A DNA stretch of 63,353 bases, filler included, from Bipalium vagum (GCA_037834085.1; 3 parts of 3 records of this genome joined end to end with filler, not necessarily neighbours in it); one strand, 5' to 3'. Numbered from the whole stretch's first letter, positions 13,400 through 25,235 are shown. Notes: generated from the sequence alone by a model not told the origin. Numbers and translations: made by a program.

Positions 13400-14222
13400 T
13401 TACAATTTATCTATCACAAATCACAATTATTAATATTTTAATATTAATCAAGAAAATTTTTATATGAATCCAAAAGCTATTGGTTGAGTTCGGAACACAT
13501 TAAACAAATTTAAAACTATTCAAGTCATAAACAAACAGCAATGGTTATCTAATTCTTAATGTCTCAAGTATGAATACATATACAACCTTATGAAAAAAGT
13601 CAAAATAAAACTTTCAAATAACACAACAAAACTTCTTGGGATAATAGACAAATTCAAATATTCCTATCTCCTCCATTTATTCCTTTAATCAAGTCAACAA
13701 TTTTAAAAGATTAATTTGTCTAAAATCAGATCAAAGTTATTTACAAATCAAATCAATGATTCGTACAAAAATCATAATTCCTTTAAATTGTAAGCGTTAA
13801 AGTAGTTTAAAATCAATAATTGTTTTAAAAATCATAACTATGCTTAACACAACTCAATAATCATTTACAATTTTGTAACAATGATTTATTAAAAATCAAC
13901 CATCATTTTAAAATCGTAACAAGAATTTCTGTCTTCTCTCCAGTTCCGACAGCCGTTTAAATACCCTCATCAAGCCATTCAAGCCAATAGATCTTCGAAA
14001 TGAAATTTAATTCCATCTGTCCTATCGTGACAAACAAGGCAATTCTCCTCCCTACCGACCAGGCAGAGAGCAGAATAATTAAATTCTACAACAACCAGAT
14101 GCTGGAAATATTAAAAGCAATTACTTTTGTCCATTCGGCATTAATTATCTCTAAAATCCCTACTTGGGGCAAATGAAGATTATATTCCTTTGTTGAGAAA
14201 ATCATAATTGATGTCTCTTACA
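13400..14222 (-). mobile_element. Probable LTR (solo or truncated) on the minus strand
   Basis: Minus strand starts TGTAAGAGAC at 14222 and has a TATA-like GGGTATTTAAACGGC (~13953-13967) followed by a purine-rich R-like tract. The other end and a TSD were not found. Confidence 0.4.
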
Positions 14223-14904
14223 GTTGAAAAGAAAGGCAGAGTGAAAATAATTAAAATTAAATTAAAACCATTATTATTATTTAATTTTCTTCCCTTCATA
14301 TCAAATTTTAATCAACACTTTCTAAATTAAGCATGTTGGTAATAAATTGATAATATGAACTAAAATGTTTTTGAATTACAGAATGTTTAAAAATGAAATC
14401 AGATTCTGATAATGTTTATCTGTTTTCTAGGTCTACGTCTTCAACTGCCTTCTGTGATGTAGCACGCTCATGTCCATTAAGTTTTCGAACTTCTCAGGGT
14501 ATTTAAATTTCGCTTTCATTTACCTTTTACTATACCTCATAAATATATTCTTGCTTTAGTGGAAGACTTCCTTTCCTAGATTGTCTTTTACATAACATGT
14601 AATCGTGGTTTTCTTCTTTTATCTCCAAAGCTAATCTCTTGTTGTCAATTATCTATTTAGGTCTTCTTAGTCAATTCATTTAATGACTAAAGTTATTGTT
14701 TTACTTAACGTCAGCAGTCCGAAGTGAATGTTTCCTTGTTTTTACTGATAGGCATTTTTACAACTACTTTAATTGTAATTATTTTGGGCTGTTCTTTTTC
14801 AGCTGAAAGTAAACGATTGTAGTTATCATTAAAAAACTGTGGTCTGATCGAAAAGTATTCAATTCGTTTTCTCTAAATGATTATTTTACATATTAGAAAC
14901 TATT

Positions 14905-15125
14905 AGGTTGAGGAAAAACTATTCTCTATTTTTCATCTCAAAACGAAAAGTTGATAAGTCAATATTAAAAAAATCTATTAATCAAAATATGCACCATTGG
15001 CATCTACAACACCTCCCCGATGTCCTACGAGTTTCTTTATACCGTTTCTGAAATAATCCGGATCATGGGATTCAGAAAGAGAGACGAAAGTATGTTGAAC
15101 TTCATATATTATAATTTTGTACCTT
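14905..15125 (-). mobile_element. mariner 3' remnant
   Basis: TIR-like TA|TTAGGTTGAGGAAAAA. Minus strand encodes a mariner-like C-terminus (RNGIKKLVGHRG..VDANGAYFD). Confidence 0.65.
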
Positions 15126-16534
15126 GCTAATTTTCAAGGCACCTATGCTGTTCTGCTTATAAAATCTAAGAGCCTCCACCAGATAACAGATATGTTCTTA
15201 CAAATATATTGAGTTTTACAAGAAAGGATAAGGCAAGTGAAACAGAAAGAAATATTCTCAGTGAAAATTATGAATATCACAATTAACCGTGATCATTAAT
15301 AATTAACCTCATTTTTATCTGTTCTTATTTTAATCTAAAATCTATTTAAAAATTAACAGAAAAAAAGACAATTGATAAAATAAAGAATAATAATGACACT
15401 ATTATTAATCAATATTAATTACACTGTCCAACATATTTTGAACTTTTAAAAAGGTCTTAATTTAAATAAATGTATTCTAGATAATTGCAACAGGATAATC
15501 CCAAATGTACCAAGCGTTTTATCATAGCAACCTTCAATTTTTGTAAAATATATAATATAACGCTGTGCAAAAATAAGTGTTTTATATAGCCTTACGTTTG
15601 TATTAAATATTTGACTGATCTCGTTTTATGCCTCAGCATTAGTGGGCTAGCATAGCGAATATCGATTTATCTTGATCTGCTTTGCATAATTTCAACGTCT
15701 TGATGAAATCTTTCACCCTTTCATAGCTGACGGCACTACAATTTTCTGATAAAAATGACAGATGACAATGCATCAAATGCAGTTTTAATGACATGAGACA
15801 GCACAATGTTTATTATGGTTTTAATAAGTCATGATTGATTACTTATATTTATTTATAAATTTATTAAAAATTTTATAAATAACAAGTATAAATAGTAACC
15901 AAGGTTACTAATACAATCATTAATTTTATCAAGTCAAATTATATATAATAACATATTTTACTCAGAATTCTCAATCTTTAAAGAAAAGAATTGAATTAAG
16001 TAGAACACAAATAATAATAGCAACACAAGCCAAGACAGTTTGAAGCGACTTACAGTCAAGTCTAGCCAGAAATTGAACAGAGTTGTACGAGGGGTCAATG
16101 AAATTCAGGAAATTCGATAATTAGACCAAGTAAAGTACTCGAGATCATTTGTAGCATCCATTTTGAATGTAACTACATTTACACATTCATATAACAAGTG
16201 TCTTCACTTGTAACTCAATACTTTTGAGCTTAAATAAAATTTTATTATATTTTATGTAGTTTATCATTATTATTTTACTAATTTATGGAAAATACTCGTA
16301 TTAATTAAATTCTTGGGGAAGTAGCGCTGGTAATCCTATTCAAAGACCATGTAATTCTTTCTGGGATCCTGTTTAGATTTTGTTTATCTTCATCACAATT
16401 TGAACTTTTCACACAAATATACGGATAATGTGAGAATTACATAGGACTTCTGCAGCTAATCATTTAGTCGAGAAAGTATCTTTTTACTTAATAAAGTAGT
16501 TTTAGAAATACAGATTTAAAATAAATCGTTTTTT

Positions 16535-16535
<1 letters not shown>

Positions 16536-16612
<77 letters not shown>
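16536..16612. repeat. (TAT)n microsatellite
   Basis: About 25 perfect TAT units. Confidence 0.95.
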
Positions 16613-16971
16613 GGTTGTAAAGAAATTAATTAGAGTTCTTATAAATTGTTTTAATGTTGAAAAGCTTTACAAAAACAATTTCCTTTAAATTAATGAAATA
16701 ATATCGTCGTGGCAAATTAAAACAAATCACCATTTGAAGTATTAAATGGAAAAAAAGATTAAGAAGAAATTCAGAGGGGATTAATTCAGATAATCAAAAA
16801 TTAATTTGCAAAAAGGTCTGAGAGAAAATTAATACCCACTGGACACTGAAAGTTGAGTAAATAGAAAAGGAGAAAAGCGAGGCGAAAGGTTGAGAGCAAA
16901 GAACAAAAATATTATTTTTCTTGAAAATGAATTTTAAAAAAATATATTGACACATAAAAAAAAGATAGTAT

Positions 16972-17720
16972 TAGGCGTGTGAATTATTGTCCGGAATCCG
17001 ATGATAACCTCCGCTTTTTAAATATGCGCGATAACAAATAAATTTGATAAATGCTATTTTAAAATGAGATTAATTATCTATCGATTTAATTGTAAAAATG
17101 TTTTGTTTAAATATTAATCATTATCCAATCTACTATGAAATTTGTTTTGAAATTTGGCGAAAAAGTATTATTTGATGCCTCTATTACTTGTCTTTCGAAA
17201 CAGGTAAGGAAATTGTTTATCAAAATCAATGTTTTCAATGGTTCTATAAATTTAAAAATGATGATTTCGATATTATCTTTTCTTTCTTTTTATCTTATCT
17301 GTGACAATGTTGCTTCAACTTTTCGTTTAAGTATGTTTCCAAATGATTAATGAGATTCATGCTTGGAGATTTTGATAGTCAATCTCTAACCTTTATTTGA
17401 GGTATTCCTTCACAAGTTTTGAAGTATGCTTCCTATCACTATCCTGCTGGAAAATAAATTTACGAAGCCACATCATATCTGCTGACTGCTTTAAAAATGT
17501 TTTATATAAAATGCTGCTCATAATTCCTTCAACAAAATGATGTTTTCCTATATCTTTACTTGAAAGGCAGAAACAAACCTTACTTCTATCCACCACCATA
17601 TTTTACAATGGGCTGTATGCGACTACTTTCGTATCGTTTCCCAAGATGCCCTCTGCCAAATTTTGAACCATCTCATTCGTAAAGATTTAGTGTGGTCTCA
17701 CCATAACATATTTTATCCCT
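16972..17720 (-). mobile_element. Tc1-like transposon remnant
   Basis: ORF 17393..17599(-) contains FIFQQDSDRKHTSKLVKEYL (Tc1 FQQDNDPKH motif) and a degraded SPSMNLIN motif. Interrupted by the adjacent mariner at 17726. Confidence 0.7.
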
Positions 17721-17725
17721 ATATA

Positions 17726-18230
17726 TTGGGTTGTCTAAAAAGTTTCCGCCGATTTTGGTAAAATTTTAAAAGTTAGATAAATAAATTCGAAGTGAAAATT
17801 TTGTTAAATTACATAATTACCATTTTGATCGACATTGTCTTGCCATTTTTTTGGTAAAGCCAAAATTCCGTCATTGTAAAACTATTTTGATTTAGTGGCA
17901 AAAAAGTGAGATAAATGATTTTCGCAATCATCATTTGAATTTAATTTTACACCATTGAGGGTAATGAGCGAAAAAGATGATAGTCTGGCGGTACTTTATC
18001 AGGACTATATGGTTATGTTTTTCTTAACGCCTGAACCTGGGTTTTTGTCATAACACGTCCTATAGTTTACTGCTTCCTTGATTCCACTGTCTGTCGATTG
18101 GCTGACATTAAACTTCTCGACCCTTTTGAGCAAGCCCATGGTCAAACAATGACTTCATCACAGCAATTTCATTATATACCAAATGATTCTCCATTAATTT
18201 TTAACTTTATAAAAATGCGCTTTCGGTAAT
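17726..18230 (-). mobile_element. mariner remnant
   Basis: TA|TTGGGTTGTCTAAAAAGTTTCCGCCG TIR. Minus strand has PYSPDKVPPDYHLFRS and GILALPKKWQDNVDQNGNYV. Confidence 0.8.
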
Positions 18231-18973
18231 ATTGAAACAAACAAAATATGCGTTCTGACTGCCCAGGATATATTCATAAAATTTAACAGACCTAAACTTT
18301 AAATTTTTAATTGAAGAGACTTAAATAAGTTTGAATTTAATTTCCAGATCGTCAATTGTTTAGATCATAATTAAATATATTCAATTTACACTTTTCCAAG
18401 ACTGTGATTGTTTAACTGCTTTAATAAGTCAAGGTTATCGAATTTAATTTAAGCGGTAAATTCAAATTTTAGTAATTTTCTCCATTTAATGAAAGGAATA
18501 AAAAATATTTAAATCAAAATAATTCCATCAGATAAATAAATATCATTTTAAAAATGATTGGTACTTCTTTTATTTATCCATTAAAACAATAAATATAAAA
18601 TAAAAGAAATAAAATGTTATGTTTCGGTACAAGTTTCAGCTGAAATTTTGAAAATATATAAATCCCATTTTGATCTTGGGAGAAAAATTTTCAGTTCAAT
18701 CACAAAGTGCCCAGTCTTTTGGGAGTTGTTCTACAATTCTTTATATTTTATTATTGGAACAATAAACGTCAATCAAATATATAATTAGAGGCAGCCCTGG
18801 CGAGGCAGCGTTCATTATGAGATGATCCCAGCGACAAAAGGAAGAATAAAAGAATTACTGGCATCATCATTATTATTATGACAGAGTTTTGGAAATGAAA
18901 AATTATGCCTTATTATTATTATTATTATTATTATTACATGAAGCTCAGATTATTTATTGGACAATGTTATGTG

Positions 18974-18975
<2 letters not shown>

Positions 18976-19043
<68 letters not shown>

Positions 19044-19052
19044 CATAATAAT
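18976..19052. repeat. (ATA)n microsatellite at contig end
   Basis: About 25 ATA units running into the gap; source of the spurious poly-Ile ORF. Confidence 0.95.
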
Positions 19053-19152
19053 NNNNNNNNNNNNNNNNNNNNNNNNNNNNNNNNNNNNNNNNNNNNTTAA
19101 TTAATTAANNNNNNNNNNNNNNNNNNNNNNNNNNNNNNNNNNNNNNNNNNNN
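19053..19152. other. Artificial assembly spacer (44 N + TTAATTAATTAA + 44 N)
   Basis: Exactly 100 bp; the palindromic 12-mer has stops in all six frames; an identical copy is at 47432-47531. Confidence 0.95.
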
Positions 19153-20490
19153 AAAATTACTTTTCTAATTTAAAATGTAAGATTTGTAACAATTATTATC
19201 TTCCCGATTTAAGTGGCGCACCCTGTATTGTTTGACTTTCTCTGAAAATAGGTATTTGGGGATTGATTCGATTGATTATTTCTATCTAAACCTCCATAGG
19301 GTTTAGTAGAAAAATCATCAAATCTTACTTTTTTATTATTTGGACAGTCTCGAGCTCCATGGCTCATTTCGTTGCATTTATAACATTGAATTACTGGATT
19401 ATGTCTTACATTACTTGGTGATTTTGGTCTCAATTCAGGGGACTGCGGACTTTTATTAACTGTATATATGACTCTTACCTCTACAACGGTTTCAGCCAAT
19501 TTTGCCTTTGGAATTACTTGATCAAAGGCCTCATGTCTATACAGCACGATGGCTGCTTTGATCTCATAGCGTAGTCCTGACCACCACTGGTCTTGACTAT
19601 CACTTTTGTATTTTCGTCCCAATTATCTTATAGACCGAAAGCTCTCTTGGCTACGGTTCTTAAATTATGCGTTTACTCTGACACTGTTTCATTTACTTTT
19701 TGTTTAAGATTATAGAACTGCTGTCTAAATAGATGACCTGTATTACCAGTAAGAATTTGTTTCTCTAAAGCCTCTTTTACGCTTGCCCAGTCAACATCTT
19801 TTCCCTTTCAACTAAATCCAAATAAGAATCTCGTGCTGCACCTTTTAAATATATCGGTAAACGGTTCTTCATGACCTTTTCACTGTATTCATAAGCTCTC
19901 ATAACTATATAATAATTTGATAGAAAATCGGGTAAATCTGCCGGATTCCTATTGTACGTTTCTATTTTAATAAAACCTGTGTATACATTATTTTGATTAT
20001 CATTATTTTCGTCGGCCATTTTTGTTTGTTGTGGTAAAATATTATCTATAGTTTCAGTAGTATGAAGTCGAGTTTGAGAACGGATTAACTTTTTAGGATT
20101 CTCTGAAAATTGCTCTTTGCTTTCGTTAATCGTTTAGTTTTTATGTTAAGGGTATCTGTTTGCGTTTCAGAATCAGTTGTTTCAACAATTGGAAAATTAT
20201 TATCAATATTTTCAGTTGCCGTTTTTAAAGATTTAATTTATTAGAATTTTAAAAGCTCCGAACTTATTATCACGACTGGCTCACCAAATGTTAAGTCTAT
20301 TAAATAAAAAGGGAGCGGGTTAAGAGTTTAACGGTTAAAAGGTTTTTGAAGCGTGTTTTAACTATGATTTTTACAACAATATTTTACTCCCGATTCCTGA
20401 AGATCCATCTCATTAAAAAGAATCATTGTATAAATACTCATTTTTCATTTATAGTTTTTGGATCACTTTTATAAATATCAAATACTATTT
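19153..20490 (-). mobile_element. gag: Ty3/Gypsy LTR retrotransposon 5' part: LTR 3' end, PBS and frameshifted gag
   Basis: On the minus strand the LTR ends ...TTAACA at 20289, followed 2 nt later by PBS TGGTGAGCCAGTCGTGA (20286-20270). Gag fragments RLPIYLKGAARDSYLDL (19777-20019) and a CCHC knuckle CYKCNEMSHGARDC (19209-19622 ORF). Upper LTR boundary is approximate. Confidence 0.85.
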
Positions 20491-20499
20491 GTTGTTTAG

Positions 20500-21390
20500 A
20501 AATCTTCTTTAAGGGAAGATAACTTTGTTGCATATTTAAATTATTACTCCGGGATTTAATCAAGAAGAACCAATGCGTTGCAGGCACTGTATTGTTTATC
20601 AAGATTTTATTGAATCGAACACTCATTGAGGAACAACCCAAAACCCGACCTTGGCCCACGTGATTCATCCAATTGTTGAAGTAATGGATACCCAGGCCTT
20701 GGTGAAGAGTCATTCTGGTCTCATCTATATTCTTCTTTCCGAAAAAATAACTCGTCGACTCACCGTTAATCAACTTCATTGTTATTTTTAGCTTGACCTC
20801 CTCCTCAAAAAAAGGAATTCACATTCCATAATTCTGGATCGGAGAGCCTTCACGGAAAGTCGTACCTTGGTCCACCATGTGCTTTGGGCATTGAGATCAC
20901 TTTTGATATTATCGCTTAGCCTTTTCAATGCCAAATCTAGGTCTACCGAAGTTTCTAAACGAAACCTTTTCCTCACATTGTGTAGCAAGGATCGGGTCAA
21001 GAGTGACCTACAGTGATGGTCACTGCTTGTCAGAAATCGTAATCCCTGCACCACACTGCAAATGTGATATTCATCGTGTGCAGGGACTATCCCGAAACCC
21101 CCAAGTGCCGTAAGGGTGTACAAATAAGAAATATTTGTACTTTGGATCAATGTGGTGTCGGTGATTGATCTCAATGTCTTTCTGACAAACTCGTCAAATC
21201 CAACCATTTGCCCCTCCCCTCCCCTTGTCTAGCCAAAGGTGATGACAATGTTAGGATATCCACCATTCTATTTCTAAAGTGGAAAGGAAGCCTAGAGTGT
21301 AAGAATACTTTAAAACATTCTATTTTCTGGGCCGGATGAAGGTGGGATTTGAACACCCACTGGAAATCATCCAAAATTCCGTTAAGAATT
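20500..21390 (-). mobile_element. RLE-type non-LTR retrotransposon (R2/NeSL/Utopia-like) RT thumb and C-terminal fragment
   Basis: LHPAQKIECFKVFLHSRLPFHFR, FDEFVRKTLRSI, SYLYTLTALGGFGI (YLY....GGLG motif) and W....GQG...WFFLIKSRSNNL, spread over three frameshifted ORFs; GC content higher than flanks. Confidence 0.75.
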
Positions 21391-21399
21391 TTTATCTTT

Positions 21400-23250
21400 G
21401 TTTTTTATTCTTTTAGACTTATTTCTTTTTTCTATACAACCTTTTAACGAAGTAGATTTTTTTAATAGTAGTCTTTTAGTCACTTTTTCTTAAAATCATT
21501 CCTTAATCAAGATAAAATTCTATTAAAGATCCTTCTACTATATATTCATTTTTATCAAATTGACTAAGCATTAGTTTCTCATTAAATATGTTACTGGTTT
21601 TATTTATAATTTGATAATTAGTTAATAATGAATCATTTATTTTAATCTTCTCTGGACATAAAGAAAAGTATTTAGTTTTCTCATGTAACTCTGTAGGATA
21701 CTCTAAATCAACTACATATATAACCTATTTTATCAGATGATGTTCTTCCATAATTTTCATTTTTATCTTCAAACATTTCACCCGTGGGTAAGGCATTGTC
21801 ATACACGTAGAATATAATGAACATGCATCATAATATGTTAGATATGTTTCTTTAAAGTAAAAAGAAAAGTCTATATTATCTTTACTTTGAAGTCAACGTC
21901 ACTACATGAGTACAACTTTGTTGTGCCGTCACTGGATCTTTATCATTACTGTGAAATGCCACCTTTGTTGGATAGGTCGAAGATCTAACGCTACTCGGAT
22001 TCAAAATTAATGCTAACATTCAAAATTAATATTAGTTATTTTATTATTCAATATAACTTTTCTACTACCATGTACTGATGAAATTCCACCTTTTATTCCT
22101 TTTTCTATAAATAATAAGTGATTAAATGTATTTTGTTTAAAACCTTTTAATTTAACTTTAATATATTTTAATCCTGCATTCCAACTTAATCCGGGAGCAG
22201 AATACAATAACAGGGATCTATCTCATAATATTGTAAAGATGTTTCTGTAAAGTTCTCAAAGAAATCTGATAAAATCAATACATCCAATTTCAAGTAATAA
22301 CATATATTCTTTAAATGTAGTAAAATTTTTATATTTGACTAAAAAGTAGTTATATTAATATTCTAAAATAGACTTTTGTTTAATGGTTGAATAGAAATCA
22401 TTTATATTTGAATTCAGCTTTGTAGATATTATTTCATCAAGTTCATGGAAATCACCACTTTTAATATAATCATAAAGATAAATTCCTTTTTGAGGTTCTA
22501 GTTTAAATGATTTTCAAATTTCATACTAATCTGATATTACTAACATATTTCCTATTGATTCTATAAAAGTAAAAGGAATCATTTTCATTGAATCTAAAAA
22601 TCTAATGTTTTAAAAACTAAAACTTATATATTCTTCATCTATTTGAGGAAGTATTTTAATATTTTCATTAGGATATTTTAATAGATCTACAAAGAATAAG
22701 TGATTATCATATTTTGATCCATTATGAAAAAAAAATGAAATAAAGAAATTTAAAGATTTATCATTTATATTACAAGCATAGTGAGCTGTTTCTCTATATT
22801 TTCCATTTAAATGATCATGGTGTTTTACTTTGTTTTCATTGCTCGGCAACTCCATCTTTGATGGATCATTCAAAAGTTTATTATAATAATAACATCTTTT
22901 TGATTTATTCCAGTTTATTTCATCTTGTCATAATAATTGAAATGTTTGTATTTTTTATTATCAGTTAATTTTATATTAATATTTTCTTGAAATACTAAAA
23001 AATTATTTATTATATTTTGTCCATAAAATTAATAATATTGTGATTTAATTAAATGTTAAAAATTTCTTTTTAATTAAATACCTAAAGATAATGGTTTTGT
23101 TGTATTTCATTGTTTTGCAACTTCAACGAAGTTGGATCATTATTGCTTTGAAATTTCATCTTTGATCATTACTTTTTATTAAATTAAAGGTTTCAAAATC
23201 ACCATATAATACAAATTGTATTTTATTCTTTAATTGAAAATTGTAACTTT
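21400..23250 (-). mobile_element. Polinton/Maverick (adintovirus-like) protein-primed DNA polymerase B, decayed fragment
   Basis: Motifs in order on the minus strand: FVLYGDFETF (ExoI, ~23200), HDHLNGKYRETAHYACN (endonuclease VII-like Zn segment), FFHNGSKYDNHLF (ExoII), IRFLDSMKM, KGIYLYDY, LDVLILSDFFENF, YSAPGLSW, IEKGIKGGISS, YYDACSLYSTCM..PTG (Pol motif A, ~21800) and VDLEYPTELHE. Confidence 0.85.
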
Positions 23251-23387
23251 GAGATAAATTGAAAATTAGTCAGGAGATATGGCTCATCGATCAGAACAGT
23301 CCATGCGCATGTGAAAGGTCTTTATAATTAATCAATTTTCTAAATTCTAAACCATCTTATTTGAAACCTCTGACTGTTTTGAATAAG

Positions 23388-25235
23388 ATGTCTAATGTTC
23401 CTGAAGTTGATTGTAAGATTACATCTGAAAATTATTCTAAATCTTCTCCATGTGAAAATTTTTTATCTAATATCTGTGAGACTTCTCCTATGAACATGTA
23501 TTGTTCTATCTGCGCTGATAGATGAACTGTTTCAATCTTGAGAATAGGTATCGCCCACTTTCCTATCTGTCAGCCTTGCCTTGATAGCCCGGATGAAGAA
23601 TTTAGAGACTTAAGCAAAAGTCAAAGCACTAATCACGTGAATGGAAGAAGTAATTGCTCTGGTATTGCTAATGAAAATATAGTAGACATTGCTGATAAGG
23701 ATAATGATTGTTTATTCTTATCTGCCAAAGAAACTATTTCTCAGGTTTCTGTTGAAAAAAATCTTGAAACTGCATCGGCCTTGATCTTTTCTGACGTTGT
23801 TAAGAGTTTTCTTCAAAATGTAACTTTGATTATAAAACGAACCAGACGACAATTAATCGTACCTGGTTCGAATTGACAACTTGTGCTTACACCTGTCTGC
23901 ACTGTCTCTAATTTCATTGATTTGACAGGTGTAGATTGCACTGATAGTAATGAGATTGTTGAAAATACTTACGAATTTTTCCAGTATAATTCTTTCTTTA
24001 CCGGTCTTGATATTCATAGTTATTTGTGTAAATTTGTTTCGAATAAAACAATTTTTTAAACCCTCTCGTTCTTTTCTGTCTTGCAAATAAAAATCAATCT
24101 TATCCAAGACTTTGTTCAGGCTCTTTTTCTGCTAATAGATTGTTTTGTTCTTTGGATATTCTAAATAAGCATTGTATTGCTTTTGTTTACTGCAAGACTC
24201 GTCTAATTTCATTTTATTTTGATCCACTTCCATCTGTGTTTATGCCTGATTATGTACAAAAACAGACTCAGGTGTTAAGCTCTACTTTAAACATTGTTTT
24301 TAGGATTGATGTCAAAGTTACTTATTGTCAACTGAAAGTAAATAAACAAGACAATTTTGTTGCATTCCATTTATTGTTGCATTTTTTCATTTGATCAGTA
24401 AAAATTTTGAAGCTGAGAATTTGGTTATCTCTCGTAAATTTATTAATAAAATCAAGAAAAAAGCTTTCAAAATTCAGAATTCTCTCAATGCGGTGTCTCA
24501 CCTTTCTGGTAGTGGTTATATAGATAACGTAAATTATAATGATGATAAAAGGTTCAATAAAATTTTCACTTGTACAAATCCGCTTTCGTTTTTCAAATGC
24601 TTTAAACGATCTTTCTTCTCTTTTGTTTTTTAAAGATGATCATTTGGTTGCCTATTGCTCTCTCTATATCGAATGTAAAAAAGTTCATGTTCTTAACTCA
24701 TTGGTTAATAAGGCATTGGTCAATAAAGATTTAACTTTTATTAGCAATTACATCACTTTTAAAATGTTCAAAGATAAAAAATGGGTTTTCTGTCCGTTCT
24801 TTCACAATGAAAATTACTGGGTACTCTTTGTCTGTAATATTCTTGATAAAGTTGTTTTATATATTGATCTTAATAAAGATTTGTCAAAAACTGATCTTTT
24901 TCCATCAGTTAAATTAATTGCTAAATTTATGACAATGTTTTGCCTTAATCAAATTTTGTTTTCGGCTCTCAGAAAGTCCCGCACATCAGAAAATGAAATA
25001 TAAGAAAGAGAGTGGTCCTCATATCTGTGCAGTGATGTGGGCTTTAGGTAATTCTCAGTCTTTATTCAATATTAATTGTTACAAAATTCGAGAAAACGCT
25101 AACCGTATTTTAAAATCATTTTCTAAATCAAAGTCACAAAAACCGATTCGTAGCTTTGTGTCACCACAAAGTACTTTCGTTTCTCGTATATCAATGGCTG
25201 CAAGTATTGTTTCTACTTGTTTCGTCTCTGCTTGA
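23388..25235 (+). pseudogene. Decayed TE-derived ORF: C4 Zn-finger plus two tandem Ulp1/C48-like cysteine protease domains
   Basis: CSIC..(19 aa)..CQPC. Domain 1: KHCIAFVY..YFDPL..KQDNF. Domain 2: LFFKDDHLVAY..VLNSL..WVFCPFFHNENYWVLFVCNILDKVVLYID..ESGPHIC. Several stops and frameshifts. Confidence 0.6.

Noticed and set aside
18788-18845. GC-rich 55-nt island considered as a ribozyme or ncRNA
   Set aside because: I could not fit HDV-like, hammerhead or twister consensus, and there is no second copy in the window.
18889-19104. ORF with poly-Leu/poly-Ile resembling a membrane peptide
   Set aside because: Translation of TTA/ATA microsatellites running into Ns.
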